In this document: positions 1 through 13,962 of the stretch, piece after piece
Layout: each line of letters opens with the position of its first letter
Position numbering within the stretch: the stretch's first letter is position 1
Assembly: GCA_013265495.1 (NCBI GenBank)
Contig: MU058781.1
Span: 12,073,009 to 12,137,008, forward strand
From: Vicugna vicugna
Taxonomy: Eukaryota
Direction: 5' to 3'
DNA: 64,000 nt
Notes under the pieces: model-generated
Told to the model about the DNA's origin: nothing
Database searches by the model: none
What the model saw: the letters and a program-made list of their open reading frames with translations, nothing else
Translations under genes and position numbers: made by a program

Positions 1-195
1 AATGAGAATATTGCAGGTTACATCCTCAGTGATCCAAGCGCTCAGCAAGGTGAATAGGCAGAAAGAGGAAACCTGCCCACCCGCTGTGTGACATGCGCTG
101 TGCCCTGTGCGTGTCTTGGCAGCTGTGTGTGGTAGCTATTTTAACCCATTTTTCGGATGAGAATCCCAGAGCTCAGAGATGTTAATACACTTGCA

Positions 196-260
196 TGGGA
201 TTGAACCCAGGACCTCATGCATGTTAAGCGTGCACTCTACCACTGAGCTATACTCACCCC
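196..260 (-). mobile_element. tRNA-derived SINE head (camelid vic-1-like), truncated
   Basis: gggattgaacccaggacc...ctctaccactgagctata is the reverse complement of a tRNA A/B-box head. Confidence 0.8.
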
Positions 261-1141
261 CACCCCACCCCACCCCACCCCAGTCTCTTAATTATGCTAG
301 TTATAGTTTAGAAACACTAATTAGGGTTGGGATGAGTTAATCTTCATTCTTCAGCTTGCGTGTGGAAATTCAGACAGGGAAGTTGCCTATCCAAAATCTC
401 AGTTTCCTTAAACGTACCTCAGAGGAAACCACTATCATTGTTGGAACTTGATACGTAAGGATTTCCCATCTCTCAAGACGGAAGCGAAGCCTCTATCACA
501 CGCCTGTTCCTTAACAGAATCAAAATATAAAGTATATGGCTTAAAAAATATATATGTATACATACAATGGTTTTTAGCTTTATGTTTTACACTTTGATGT
601 GTATGCTGAAGAAAAATCATACTGACTTTCATACTAAAAACCACGCTTGGAAACTGGACCAAAAAATTACTTCCTTGCTCCAGATAGAACTGCATTTCTT
701 TTATGTATTTTAGTTTAGATTATATTAACTTTGTATTTATTTCTTGGAATTATGTATGTTTTGCCTTCTTTGAGAAACTATTTTAGGCGGCACATTTAAT
801 AACTGCAATAGAAATTAAAGGGCAAGTGAGGTGAACAGAGTTAAGAGAAAAGAACTGAGGAGGTTATAGTATAGCAAGTTCAAGACTGGTCCCCGGCTCT
901 GACTGCATGGTGCTCCGTTGTCTGCTGGGGAAATTGGAGCCTTAACCTTGGGAACTAATGCTGTAAGCTTTAGACCTTACTGATACAACTCTGATTATCA
1001 GAATTGAGATATGTGGTCATTTCTCCCACCCAGACGGAAGACCGGCTGACCAGAGCTGAGCGGTAGGGTGGGTACCTGTAAGCCAAGTCAGGATTCTGTT
1101 CTGGGAGCAGCTCCCAACCCACTTCAGCCCTTGCAAGAGTA

Positions 1142-1355
1142 TAGTTGACCTTTGAACAACATGGGGTTTAAGGGCGCCGACCCCCAATACAGTTGAAAAC
1201 CGGCCCATAACTGTACAGCCACTTCCCGTGTCTGCTGTTCCGCGTCTGCGGATTCATCCAGCCATGGAGTGAGTAGTACTGTAGTAGGTATTTATTGAAA
1301 AAATCCACCTGTAATTGGACCTGCACAAGTTCAAGCCTGTGTTCAAATGTCAAAT
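1142..1355. mobile_element. TcMar-Tigger MITE (Tigger2a/MER8-like)
   Basis: Terminal inverted repeats (c)agttgacctttgaacaac ... gttcaaatgtcaa. Confidence 0.75.
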
Positions 1356-3619
1356 CTCCAGCTGAAATCTCCAAATGCCTCACCCAATTTAGCATGGCCC
1401 AAATGGTCCTTCCTGAAGAAGATTTCAGTGCATCGTCTGTCATGGCCCTAGCAAAACCTCAGAAATGCTTCTAGTTGTGCACACTAGTTGTGTGGTCTCT
1501 GCCCCCACAGGTAACTGAATGCATTGACCACCTGTGTCCAGTTATTTATCACTGAAGCCTTAAGTGTTGGAAAATGCAAAGAAACACATTCATTGATAAG
1601 GCAGGGTTTGTTATAGTTAATCGTAGGGCAGGACCACAGATAGAGACTACACATATATGCTCTGAAAACCATTCTTCTTTGGTTATAATACAGTGCCAAG
1701 TGGCATTTAAAACGTGTGTTTGGTAGATAATTTATCCAGCTTTTCACTAAAGCTTGATTGCAAAAAGCTTATTCACTTTAAAATGAAACCAAAGCCAGTG
1801 AAAAAAGTGGCAGGTAACTTTTGCATTGCTTTTGGCAGATTTCCTCAATAGGTGAATGTGTTAATGAGAATAATGATCTCAAGTTATGAGTGAATTATCA
1901 AAATGATGGATCTATAATTTAGAGAGAGTTACCTTGAGAATCCATTTAGAAGGGACGTTAGTCTAAAGGAGTTAAACTGAACATGACAAAAATCTCGACT
2001 TCGAAGCCAGAACAGACTTTACAAAGTTTGGGTGGTAAGCCATCCTTACCTGAAGTTCTATTGGAGGATGAAGAGTTAGGATATGGAGTTTTAAGACTCA
2101 GTCTTAGAAAATCTTGGAGATCTATGACATTCAGCAAGAACCAGATCTCCTGATTGCTGATAGATTACTGCAGCCCCCCAGCCAGAACCCTAAATCACCA
2201 GTCCTTAAACCACCATCCATTCTCTTTACCTGGCGCCGCTGCAGTTTACTTGACTGAAGATTTTTAAAGCAGTCAAACAAATTGTAGGATTTAATCTGGT
2301 TTTGTTGTTGGTAGTGGTGGTGTTGGAATTGGTGCTAACTCTTTTTGTCATTTACATAGCGCTAATGTTCCATGCACAGAGCAAATGTGCTGCATTAAGC
2401 ATTTTATGCTTTTTTAAATTGTTCATCTTGACGTCCCTGAGCTATGATGTCCATTGTGAAGGAGAGTATTTAAGTCTTCTCCTGTCTTCCTCACTCTTGC
2501 CTTCCATTATAAATGTGGATTTTCCAACAATCTAAACTTAAAATAGCTTTCAAGTATAATACTCAGTGGGGTTTTCCCCCACAGTTTATTCTTGTACAAT
2601 AAAGACAATTTTTAAATGTTTTTAAACTTTTTATGACAATTGGAATAACATTGTGCTTAATAGTGCAATTAAGTACTTAAATGTTCCCACTCTCTTTTAT
2701 TATAACACTACAAGGGGCACATACCAGATGCTTGTGTTAATAAGCATCACGCTTATGTGCCCGGCAGCACTAACACATGCTTTCAAGGTAAGATATTTGC
2801 TTGAAATTGGTACCAAGTGGTTTCATTCTTTGGACTACTCAAGAAAGACATATGAAATTATATTCACTTTTTAAAGAGACTGTTTAAGTGTAAAATTCCT
2901 TTTTCCCATTAGTTGCAAGATTAGTTAAAATGAGTAAAAAGTGAGCTGTTTCCTAGAGGAAACATGACAAAGGAAGATAAAGATTTAATTTTCTTGTATA
3001 AAAAGAAAATTGTGGAGATCTGGGAAATAACAGAACGAACCATGTTCATTTAAAAATAGTACTCAACTGTGATCTTCACAATTGTCTGTCATCCATACGG
3101 CTCCCTGAATGTTTTGGTTTTAACATCAAGATGCCATTTTAACTTTTCTATGAAATGAGATTCTGGATATAAAAGTTAATGAGTGTGATGTGACTAGCTG
3201 GATTTAATACTGCATTCAGTAGGAAATGTGGCACCTCACTAAATCTCTACACATCATTCTTCCTTTTGTCCATTGATTTATTGCAACTCTCTCAGAGTTA
3301 TGGCTTCCATATTCCTACTCTTCCTAGATCTTAAAGATTGTTGCTCTCCAGCAGTCATCATAGAAAGGATTGGGTATCTCGTTTTCTCAGTAAGATTTAT
3401 ACTGCCTCAAACCTGAACAAATGGAAATGCATAAAAATTACTTCTCAAAGTACAAATATGATAATATGGTTTGGTCAGATATTTGAGGGTATAAATCAGT
3501 TAATAAGGACTGAGTTTTGATTCACCTTGAGCATTGACTCAGCTGACAATCTAGTAGGAAATATTTAATTATTACAATCTAGTTCATTAAACAGGGATTA
3601 CCCATAACCATTTTAAAAG

Positions 3620-4780
3620 TGCACAGGAGAAACTAGGATATCCTGTATCAAAAAAAGCAGAGACTGGCTCTAAATCCAGTGGGATCATTGCAAAGGATGC
3701 AAAATGCAGATTGAAATGGCTTCCACTGGGATACTTGATGCAACCAAAAAAGAGTAATGACAGTAAGTTTAGGATACACTGGATTAATTTTAAAAACCCA
3801 TTAAGTCCGGAGTAATACTAAGAAAATAAAAGAGAGAGGGTGGTACAGAGGATTTTAAAAAGGGAAATTCAGTCCTTATAGAGGCACCTAATAAATGTGG
3901 GAATAATGATAGAAGTAGAAAGTGACAATTTTGTGGCTCCCTTTGTATTCATTCATTCAGGCAGGGATTGTCAATGGTTGTTTAAAAATGGGCTCATCTA
4001 CATGAGCTGCAAGTATCATCGTACAGTGTTATTATTAATTACCAAGACACAAGGTACTTTAACAATGGAGCAATCGGGAGGTTCCCGCCCTAATGAAGTG
4101 ATCAAATTTAGTGTCACCAATGGTGGAACAACTTGACCTGGGTGCCACTTGTTGTGATTCAGTCATGAATTCACAGCATCACCCATTCAGCATCCGTGCC
4201 AAAAATGGTTCACCTGAATCTAATGATGAGAGACAGACGAATATAGAATGTGGGACAGTCTAGGAAACAGTTGGCCTGAATTCTTCAAGGAAGTCAGTAT
4301 CATGAAAAAGAAAGGCAGGATTGGGGGTGGGGGGAGGAGGGTGTGCTAGATAAAGGAGACTAGAAATACATAACCGTATAGACCAGGGGCAAATTCTCCA
4401 TTAGATCATGCATCCAAAAAGGGGATGGGAGAGTGTTGTAAGACATTTGATGGACAAATGGGGAAATATGGATGTGAAGCACAGTATGTACATAGATGTT
4501 ACATAACTGCTATTAACTTTGTTAGGTGATAACCATGAATGGTTGGTTATGTAGGAGAATATAATCCTTAGGATGTTCATGCAGAAGGATTTAAAGGTGG
4601 AATGTCAAGATACCAACAACTTTTAAATGGTTCAGCCATAATTTTGTGTGTGTGTGATAAAGAGAAAATGGAGGAAATAGTGTGACAGAATGTTAATAAT
4701 TTGGGAATCTACATGGAGTATACTTGTATTATACTATTTTGGTGGTGGTGGGGTAAATTGGAAAATGTTTAAATAGTTAA
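3620..4780 (+). mobile_element. Ancient L1 (L1MC/L1ME-like) 3' region, degraded; bounds approximate
   Basis: Recognisable old-L1 3' UTR phrases (aatgaagtgatcaaatttagtgtcaccaatggtgg..., gttatgtaggagaatataatcc...). Confidence 0.55.
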
Positions 4781-5969
4781 GGGGCAGAGTTGAAGAGTTG
4801 CTTGGTTAAAGAAGTAGACACCATTCCATGAGCCACTAGGATCTATGAGGAAGTTTTTATCAATCTAACACAGGAAAAATAAGGACAACAGAAAAAACTT
4901 TTCATGAAAGTAAATGTGTCTAATTTGAAGGCCTATTCTTACAATAGATTGTGCCCTTCTATCCTTGTGCCTAATTTCCCTTAATGGAAATGATGATTGT
5001 AGTAGTGACAGATTTCCTGTTTTAAAAAAGTCTGTAAAAGCGAAGTGTGGAGGGAGCCCTGGAGCAATGAGTCAGTTCACTCATTCATTCACCAGATAGT
5101 TAATGCGCACCTGCTATATGTCAGCCTCTCTCCAGACTCTGGGAATTTAGAGATGAACGAGACAGAGTCCTGGCTCATCCTTTCTACAAAGATGTTCACT
5201 TTGTTTCCCCCAAGGACTCTTGGGGACACAGGGTGGAGAGGGGGCACTTAAGGAAACTTGAGTCAGTCACTAGGCATTCTCCTGTTTCAGCCAAATTCAC
5301 CCCATTTCTCTCTTTTGTTTTTTTTTTTTTTTTTGAGGCACTGCTTAAGATGTTTCAAAAGAATTCTGCCATATGTAAAAAAAAAAAACTTGAAAAAATC
5401 ACTTTTCTTTTTTTTTGGTAAAGGAGTTCATAATAAACGTTTTTGGCCATTTCTGCCTAAGTATCTTTAAAAATGTTTCATAAAGTAAATGTACTTGACT
5501 AGGCAACTGTCTGTAGTTGAAATCCTTGTAGGTGTGATGCTTTTTCTGCTCCTGGAGCCTGAGGTTGGGACTGATGAGGTGAAAGCCAAAAGGTACCTCT
5601 GTGACCTTTGGGCAGATATGCTTAAATTGCTGTGCTTGGATGTAAACTCCCTCATTTTCCAAATTTTCTAACTAAAGAGCTCTTATTCCTTGCCCAGTCT
5701 GGGCCAGTTCTTGGACATCAAATCTCTATCTCCGTGCTCTTATGGAAAGAATCGCTAACCTGGGTGGCAAAACATTTACCTGGTTTTGTTAGAGTGAATT
5801 CTCATCTAGGTTCATGTTGAATTTTTTTAAATCCCTCACATGTGAGTTTCATGGTAAAGAAAATGAAAAAGGTAGATGTGGTACCGAGTTTGTGTTGTAA
5901 TTTGGCTTCTTGGGCTCCTAAATGTTGAGATGGCAGTGTGCTTTTGACTTATTTATATATTTTGAAATT

Positions 5970-6802
5970 TTATTATTTTTAATTGAAGTATGATTGATTT
6001 ACAGTATTGTCTAGTTTCAGGTATACAGCATAGTGATTCAGTATTTTTGCAGATTCCATTATAGGTTATTACCAGATAATAAGTATAACTTCCTGTGCTC
6101 TCTAGAATATCCTTATTATGTATCTATTTTATATATAATAGTTTGTTACTCCCATACCCCTAATTTGTCCCTCTCCCCACTTCCTTCTCCTTTTTAGTTA
6201 CCACAACTAAATGTTCTATGTCTGTGAATCTGTTTTGGTTTAGATATACATTCATTTGTATTATTTTTTGGATTCTTCAAGTAAGTGATAACATGTTTGT
6301 CGTTTTCTGTCTGACTTATTTCATTAAGTATACTGTTCCCTAAGTCCATCCATGTTGCTGCAAATGGCAGTATTTCATTCTTTTTTATGGCTGAGTGATA
6401 TTCCATTGTGTAGATTTACTACATCTTCTTAATCCAGTCACCTGTTGATGGGTACTTGGGTTGGTTCCATGCCTTGGTTATTATAAATAATGCTATTTAA
6501 ACTTTGGGGTGCATGTATCTTTTTGAATTAGTGTTTTCATTTTTTTCCAGATATATACCCAGGAGTGGAATTGCTGGATCATATGGTAGTTCTATTTTTA
6601 GTTTTTTAAGAAACCTCTATACCATTTTCCACAGTGGCTGCACCAATTTACATTCCCAACAACAGTGTTGGTTCCCTTTTCTCCACATCCTCTCCAACAT
6701 TTGTACACCTTTTGATGATGGCCTTTCTGAGAGGTGTGAGGTGTGGTTTTAATTTGCATTTCTCTAATGATCAGTGATGCTGAACAGCTTTTCATGGCCT
6801 GT
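5970..6802 (-). mobile_element. L1 3' end (ORF2 C-terminus and 3' UTR), 5'-truncated
   Basis: Minus ORFs give MEYHSAIKKNEILPFAATWMDL and IREMQIKTT (L1 ORF2 C-terminus); poly-T tail at left. Confidence 0.92.
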
Positions 6803-7429
6803 TAGAGAGATGATAACTATTCTTGAATGCTTTATGGCAATAATAACACTTACAAAACACTTGTTACATATAAAACAACTCTGAGCTCCCTTAAGAATTT
6901 TTAAAGTTTCTTCATGTATGTTATAGTAGATCAGTTTCCACCTCCAAATTATGATGATCAAATTGGTCCCCTTGTCATTACCCATCAGGAGGGAGCCCTG
7001 GTGGTGGTGATATACAGTCATGCAGATGAGCGTCTTTTAGGGTGTCTGCAGAGTAAACCCAGGTAATTGGTAAGCACCAAGTGACCTGAGTGATTCCTTT
7101 CAGTATTACTGAATAAGCTTTTTGAAGAGTTCTTAAGAAAACTACAAGAAAGCACACCAAAAAAAAAAAAAAAAGTCAAATACGTATGTTCCCACCAACC
7201 TGAACAGACAACTGTTAGCGTATTAGCATCTTTGTTTTGCCAGTGTGTTTTTTTGATACCAGAATATGAACTCTTGGAATGCAGGGACTTCATCTAGCTT
7301 AGTCACTGCTATACCCAGGCCCCTTCTCCAGAAGTACCCAGGGCGCAGTAGGTGCTCAATAAATATTTGTTGAATCTTAAATAAAATGAAATAGTACTGA
7401 TAAAGTTGTGGCCTCATTTGACCACTCCT

Positions 7430-7760
7430 GATAGCCTCACTCTTCTTCCCTTTCCTCAGAGGCACCACTGTCATGAGTTTGGACACTATTTAATATGCTC
7501 AAGCATACATGTTTTCATGAACAGTATATAGTGTTATTTTGTATGTTTTTAGAATTTACATAAATGGCGTCATAGCGTGTGTATCTTTCTGAAACTTGCT
7601 TTTTTTCACTATTATCTTTTGAGATTTTTCATGTTGCTGTAAAGTTTTTTCCCCCTTTTAACTGCTGTTCCATCATTGAATATACCTCATTTTAGTTATC
7701 CATCCCCTTATTCAGTAGGCTTTTAGATTGTTCCCAGCTTTTCGCCATTGTAGGTCTACT
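7430..7760 (-). mobile_element. Ancient L1 (L1ME-like) 3' fragment
   Basis: tttacataaatggcgtcatagcgtgtgtatc...gagatttttcatgttgctg pattern. Confidence 0.55.
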
Positions 7761-9776
7761 AATGAAGGCTCCCTCTCTACCCAGTTTTTCTCGTTGGGAA
7801 TAGAAGAATGAAAAGAGTGATACTATTACTGATGCTTATAATCACTACCTGTTATTGAAGTACTGTGAGGTCACTGATTGGCACTATAGTAAGCACTTTA
7901 TATTCATTATCGTATTTCATCCTCGTAGCAGTTTATTTTACAAGCTAGAAAACGAGGTCTGACTTTACAAAAACATTGACTGGAGTTCCACAGCCGTTAA
8001 CTGCTTTGAGCTCAGTTTCTTGGATGCCAAAACCTTGAGCATGAGACATACTCTTGGGAGAGGATGACCTCTCTTCACTCACTAGTTGTCCTTCCCTCGT
8101 CCTGAAAGGGAGATGCTGAAGTCAGTATGTTAAGTGAGTTCCGAAAAGTGTGCAGGAGTAGTGAACTAATGATCTTTATTTGTTTGATAAGTTGAACTGT
8201 CTGTTGCCATGGTTTCCATCTTGATAGGAACATTTTTTTTGCTTGCCTTCCATTTTAGGAGTTGAACCAATTGAAAGCTTTATCACCTTCACTTATAATG
8301 ATCTTTAGGTGAATAATTGGGACAGAGTTATTTGTCATGTTGAATTAAGCTTTCACAAAGAGAAAGAAAGTCTAAAATTATCTATGGTACTTAACCATCG
8401 GCTGTAACTCTCCTGTGTCTGTATCCATAGTCTCACCTTGAAGGAGGCTTTTCACAGGATATATAGTTACGACAGGGGCAAGAGTCTTCATTTCGGACAA
8501 TTCAAGAATATTTGAAAATACGTTTTTGCTTTTTCTCCTTTCATTCAGCAAGGCTGTTTCCAATCTAATTTAATGTATCATAAAATGAGGCCTATTTGAA
8601 GAAAATTAATAAAATATGAAATTAGAAATCTGGGGATTGAGACTTTTTCAGGGCCTTGCTGATGGAAGCCTTTCTGATAAGCAAATACTGCTGAGGATGA
8701 TAATGCTGATGGTGGTGATGGTTACGGGAAGCCCTCTACTTGTGGGTCACCCAACTGTTAACATTCCCAAATTGAGGAGCCCTGTTGTATTTTCATCCTG
8801 TTGTAACTGAGAAGAATTGACACACACAAAATAAGGAACTTAAAGAAAAAAAAAAAAAGCCATCCCCACGTAGATAGAGTAGGTGGCCTTTCTCAGAGTG
8901 TGTTTTCAGGTTTGGAAAAGATTCCACCCACCCTCATACTTTGCTTTCACAAAACCTAACATTCTATAATAGGATTTTCTGGTGTTTGCTATGTTTTTAA
9001 AGGCTCTTTTATAAATTTTCAGAATATTAAGAAAATGCCCTAACAAGTGTCAGTGATGACCAATGAGGTTTTAAAAATTATTCAATTAGAGATTTAATAT
9101 GAAATGTAAGGTGACCTAAATTCCCACCAAAGTATGAGGTACCATCAATATCAGTGACACTATAGGTAGGTAACTATGTTAGATTTTGGCATCAGATCCT
9201 TGCCTGGAATGCTTTGATGACTGAGAGGGAGAAAGAACTTTTAAAGCTACTGCATCACAGTGGGTAAGATAGGATGATGGAAAGGAATGAACCTGCCCCC
9301 GCCCCACCCCGAAGGGATGCTTAGATGTGTGCACAGATACACTGTCCCCACTTCGTTGCTGGGACTAGCCCTGTGGCCCAAGAACCAAAAGCTGCATGGA
9401 GTTTGCTAATATCCATCCAGTGTTCTGTCCACCAGTTAGTGCCTTTGGAGCTAATGATGTCTCCATTCCCCAAGTGGTGTTAATACCTGACAGAGTTGGT
9501 AGAGGACACTTTGCATGCTCTTAGCAAAAGAGGTAATATCTCTGAAGAGTTTCTGCAGTTTTCAAGCTGTAATTGTGCTTCTGCTTATAAAAAACTAAGT
9601 TGGATGCCGTAAGCTAATAATAGTTTGGCCTCATTCTTGCCTCTTTCCTTTGCTATGAAGGCTTTTTATGTAGCTTTTCTGTTTGCGAATGGTGTCTCCC
9701 CTCCCCTTTTCTTGTAATGCTGTTGCTTTATCTCTCTTCCATTCATATTTTTTTCCTTTCTTTTTGCTGCATGGAG

Positions 9777-9794
9777 ACTCTCTGCTGTACAAGT
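9777..9794 (+). CDS. CARMIL1: Candidate alternative 18-nt microexon encoding TLCCTS (phase 0/0)
   Basis: Long pyrimidine tract ending ttgctgcatggAG|ACTCTCTGCTGTACAAGT|GTAAGT. Consensus intronic donor, length divisible by 3, no stop, and phase matches the phase-0 start of the exon at 13896. Confidence 0.75.
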
Positions 9795-10507
9795 GTAAGT
9801 ATTTTTTGGTGGCTCTGCAGATTCTGGCTGTACTAGTTTACATTCTTGTGCTCCATTTGCTTCCCTGCTGCCTGGCTGGTCTCCCAGGAGACTGTAGTGT
9901 CGTCATCCATCTGTGGATCCTGAATGAAATAGGCAGCAATTTAGAGACAAGATGGGATTTTACAAGATGGTTCAGCTAGCAACACAGGTGATGAATTTAA
10001 AATATTCCCAGCCATGTGCCTGAAAGCAAGCAGAGTGTTGATGAAGAGGGTATAAAATTCAAGAGGAGAAAAGTGCTTACTCCAAACATGTTTAAAAAAA
10101 AAAAAGACATGATTACTCACACTTCTAGGGTTTTTAATTTCTGATTCTTGTCATATTACTTGTTTCCCACAGTTGTAGAAAATCAGCATCATAAATACCT
10201 TCTTATATTAGAAGAATTTTATTAATCTGCTTTCCAACTGTTTTTTGGTTTTTGTTTGTTTGTTTGTTTGTTTTAACCTCAAGGAAAAGTAATTAAGGAT
10301 TCTTGAGCTTGGAGTGAGAGGGTTGTTTATTATTCTTTGAGCAAACTTGGTAAAATGAACAAGGAAACTACTCCCTCCTATTTTTCTGGTGATAGAACCA
10401 GTTTAACTCTCATTTAAAAAAAAATAGTATGTCTGGGAATTATGTGTTAAAATGAATAAACATGTTGTTTGTAAGGGTCTAATATTAATCCTTAATTTGT
10501 GGTAAAA

Positions 10508-10578
10508 GTGTGTATATGTATATATGTATGTATGTATGTGTGTGTATGTATATAAATGTGTGTGTGTGTGTATATATA
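10508..10578. repeat. Mixed (TG)n/(TA)n/(TATG)n microsatellite
   Basis: Seen directly. Confidence 0.85.
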
Positions 10579-13500
10579 TCTCACTATTGAGCTACCTGGA
10601 GAATAGTTTTAAATCCATTATAAAAATTGGATCAAATGAGTAAGATTTCCAAGCAGTGTAGACATTGTGCTGCTTTTGGATTCTTAGAGAAGAGAGGCAT
10701 GCATTCTGTTCACTGTCTGCCACAGTGGGGATTTATTCATGTTTGTGATGTCAGAATAAGTATGTTTAGGGTTTTCCTTCTCAAGTTATATTTTAAAGGG
10801 CTCATGTTCCTCATGTTTCCTGAGGATGTGAATATTGAAAATTCCTTATTATTCATAAAATGCACTTTTGAAGATAAAGTAGTTCTGTCTGGGCCTTGAG
10901 GTCATAGTTGGCCGTGTTAATCCTCAATTGATTTATGGAAGGTCCATTTGATGTGTGTACCTCTTCCGCTTCCACTGCTGCCCCTTTTCATCTGAAGGGC
11001 ACTTTGTGATTTCTCTGATCAGAAAATACTTAGGCATTGACAAATGTCCAGGAAAGGTAAATGAGGACTGAAAAAATAATCTGAGAAAATTAACTCTTTC
11101 ATTTTGGTACGAAAAGGGAAGAGAGTAAAGGTAAATCTGGATGGTAAAGTCAAATTTTTTTTTTTCCAGGATGTAATTCATCTAACCAACAGGTGTGAGA
11201 AGGGGGAGGCAAGAGTCCATATAAACTGTATTTCTAGAGAAACATACAATATTTGTTCTGAAATATACACTTAGGTGGATGTTCACAGCTCATCCTTACA
11301 TTTCCTCTTGCTTTAAATTCATATGTAATAGAATCACAGTAATAAGCCAGTACGTTGAGCAAGGCCATATTGTCTGTAAAACTGTTAAGGAAGAAATAAT
11401 TGTAAAGAAAAGAAAGAAAAATATGAAGAAATAAAATTCATTTTTTTCTCCATTGTTATATTTGAACCCATATTCTTTCCCATGAAAGTAAGAGATTACA
11501 AAAATTGTTCATCCATCAAAAGAAACATAAAATTGGGTTGCATTCTTAACACCAATTGTGGAAACTAGCCTGACTGCAAGCCCTGCCCAATTTAGCAAAA
11601 GGCCGCTCATTGGCCCTGTCCAAACATGGCAAAACTTAAGAACTAAGACATGTCAAATACAGTGAAAGAGTTTTATGTGAAATGCAAAAGTTGATGGAAG
11701 TTGTATGCTATTAAGGAGCATATCAAATGAAGGAAAGCAGTGAAAACGTATTAGAATGCTTTGTTCTGATAGTCAAATTTCATATACTAGGTTTTGAGGC
11801 ATTAGAAAGCTAGACCAAGAAAGGCAAAGTAGTTTCCCTTTGATTGATGTCAGCCATCAAAAATCCTGATGATTCTGTATGTTTCTCAGTATGCCTGTGA
11901 AATTAGGTTGAGCTGAATGATCTGTTTACAGATAGGCATCAGTTTCTACATGAGCTTCTATCTTTTATATATATTTTTATATATAATTCTATATGTATTA
12001 TTTATATATTAAAATGATAATATATTCGAAATGCCATTATTGTCATGTTTTATGTACTTGGTATTTCTTATAAAGGCTAAATAGGGAATCTTGACCCAGA
12101 TAATTTTTGCTCGTCTTTTCTTATTTTTGCCTTCTTTTCTTGTAAAATCTAATCAAGAGTCAGAGAAAAATTATGGAAGACATCTTCATTCTATGAATTT
12201 TTGTTTTAAACTTTCCTATTTAGTTGTGACTATCTAAATGAGTTGGCTGGAAATTATATCCCAAGCTATTTCTTGATCCTGTTACCTATGGAGGTTGTGC
12301 ACGAAGTGGACAGAATTACTGAAGAAATGTTCATGACTAAACATAGCATTTATTTTGGTATTTTGTGTCTCCTGAGAATTATTTTTAGAGGTTTCATTTG
12401 GTAATAGACCAGTCAGGCCATTAACTTTTTCAGCCAACGGCAAGGCCAGTTTTAGAGAGAACTACGTTGAAACCGGATTCCTTTCCACTTGCATTGGATT
12501 GGTTGTGTTTTTATTGAACCTGCAAAGCTCAGTGTTTTCTAAAAAGAGTCTTCTGATTGTCTGTTTTTAACAAAACCTTGAAAGAATTAAATCAGCAAGT
12601 TTCACTCTGTATTTCAGGAAGACCAGTATGGATTTAAATTCCATTGCTCATTATTTTTTATTTCCCTTTTCTCACAATAATAAATAATAGCAAAAGGATA
12701 TTATTATTAAAACTGACATAAAATTGTCAGAACAATAAAGCTGTTTGCTTTGAAGGTCAATAGGAAACAATTTGTTCTTTGAACTGAAGAAAGTTTATCA
12801 ATCTTGTGAATTTTTTTTTTCTTGAGAAAGCTTTCAGTGACAACCTATTAAGGGAAAGGGAAGTCTCTAAACTAAGTTCTTTCAGTTATATTATCTCTTA
12901 GTTTACACAAATGCCATTTTCCAGTATCAAACCTGTTAACATCCGTAAAATCCATCCATCTGTATATTGATATAACAAGTGATGAGGTGGGAGGGATGCT
13001 AAGCTGACCTTCTGATCTGGGTCTGTCCCTGGCCCTGCTCCTGTTGACTCGAATGGTGGTCTTTCTCATCTCCATGACTCAGTTTCTTCCTTGGAATTTG
13101 TTTGTGGAGGTGATGACAAAGGTCCTCTCCAGCTTTGACCTGTGTTATCTGATTGAGGGAGAAGCTAATGTCTTCCTGAGGTTTTGCTTTACATAATCAA
13201 CAGTTGACAATAATACTAGAAAGATGCTCTTTGGAAGTTTTGGCCATGGTTTGGGTTTTGGTCTCATTTTGTAAAGGACAGGCAGGATCAAAGACATCTT
13301 ACTGAGAAGTGACAGCAGATATAGACTTCTAAATCATGGCAACTTTTTCCTTTGGTCTTTGGTCTGTGGTCTTTGCCTATAATGTAAAGATCAAAATCTT
13401 TGTGGCAGAAGTGTGAAACAAAAGTTACGCTGCTTAAATCGTTAAGAAGATAAAGAGTTCCATGTTGCTTACATTGATGCTGCTATGATAATGAACGGTG

Positions 13501-13895
13501 AATAACTGTGTTTTCAATTTTTAGCGATTGATTTGTACACTCTTTCAATTTTATTGTTTATACCAGTTCTAACATCTTCATGTGCCACTTGGAATCAAAT
13601 TCTATATCATTCATCGTTCCTTTTAGCTATATAAGTAGAATTTAACTGAATAGGGCCAGAGGAAGGAGTAAGTGGGCTATCTCATTTGAGAAAATGGTAA
13701 ATATTTAGAAATGTTTTGGCTTAGTCTTTTCAATCAGGCTGTCAGATGTTACTAACCATCCTCGAAAGAAGTAAAACAAATACTGAACTTAAACAATTGA
13801 TCCCAAATATTAACACTCCCCGCAATGTTGCTGAAGCTTCAAAGTCCAGTCTTCTGGAAATTCCTGCCTAAGTACTTTCTTTACTTTATTGCTAG

Positions 13896-13962
13896 ATGAC
13901 TCCTAAGTCCAAGAGGAAGACTATTCACAGCCGAATGCTGCGGCCTGTTTCCAGGGCCTTTG
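13896..13962 (+). CDS. CARMIL1: CARMIL1 coding exon (MTPKSKRKTIHSRMLRPVSRAF+G), 67 nt
   Basis: ttactttattgctAG|ATGACT...TTTG|GTAAGT; peptide matches CARMIL1. Confidence 0.95.

Noticed and set aside
196..260. tRNA-like sequences here and at ~22340, 25960, 28535, 32640 and 44300
   Set aside because: Dispersed, diverged copies with AT-rich tails and target duplications; these are SINEs, not tRNA genes.
10998..11056. Possible 59-nt exon (gaAG...AAG|GTAAAT)
   Set aside because: Weak AAG acceptor and an immediate stop; indistinguishable from a chance pseudo-exon.
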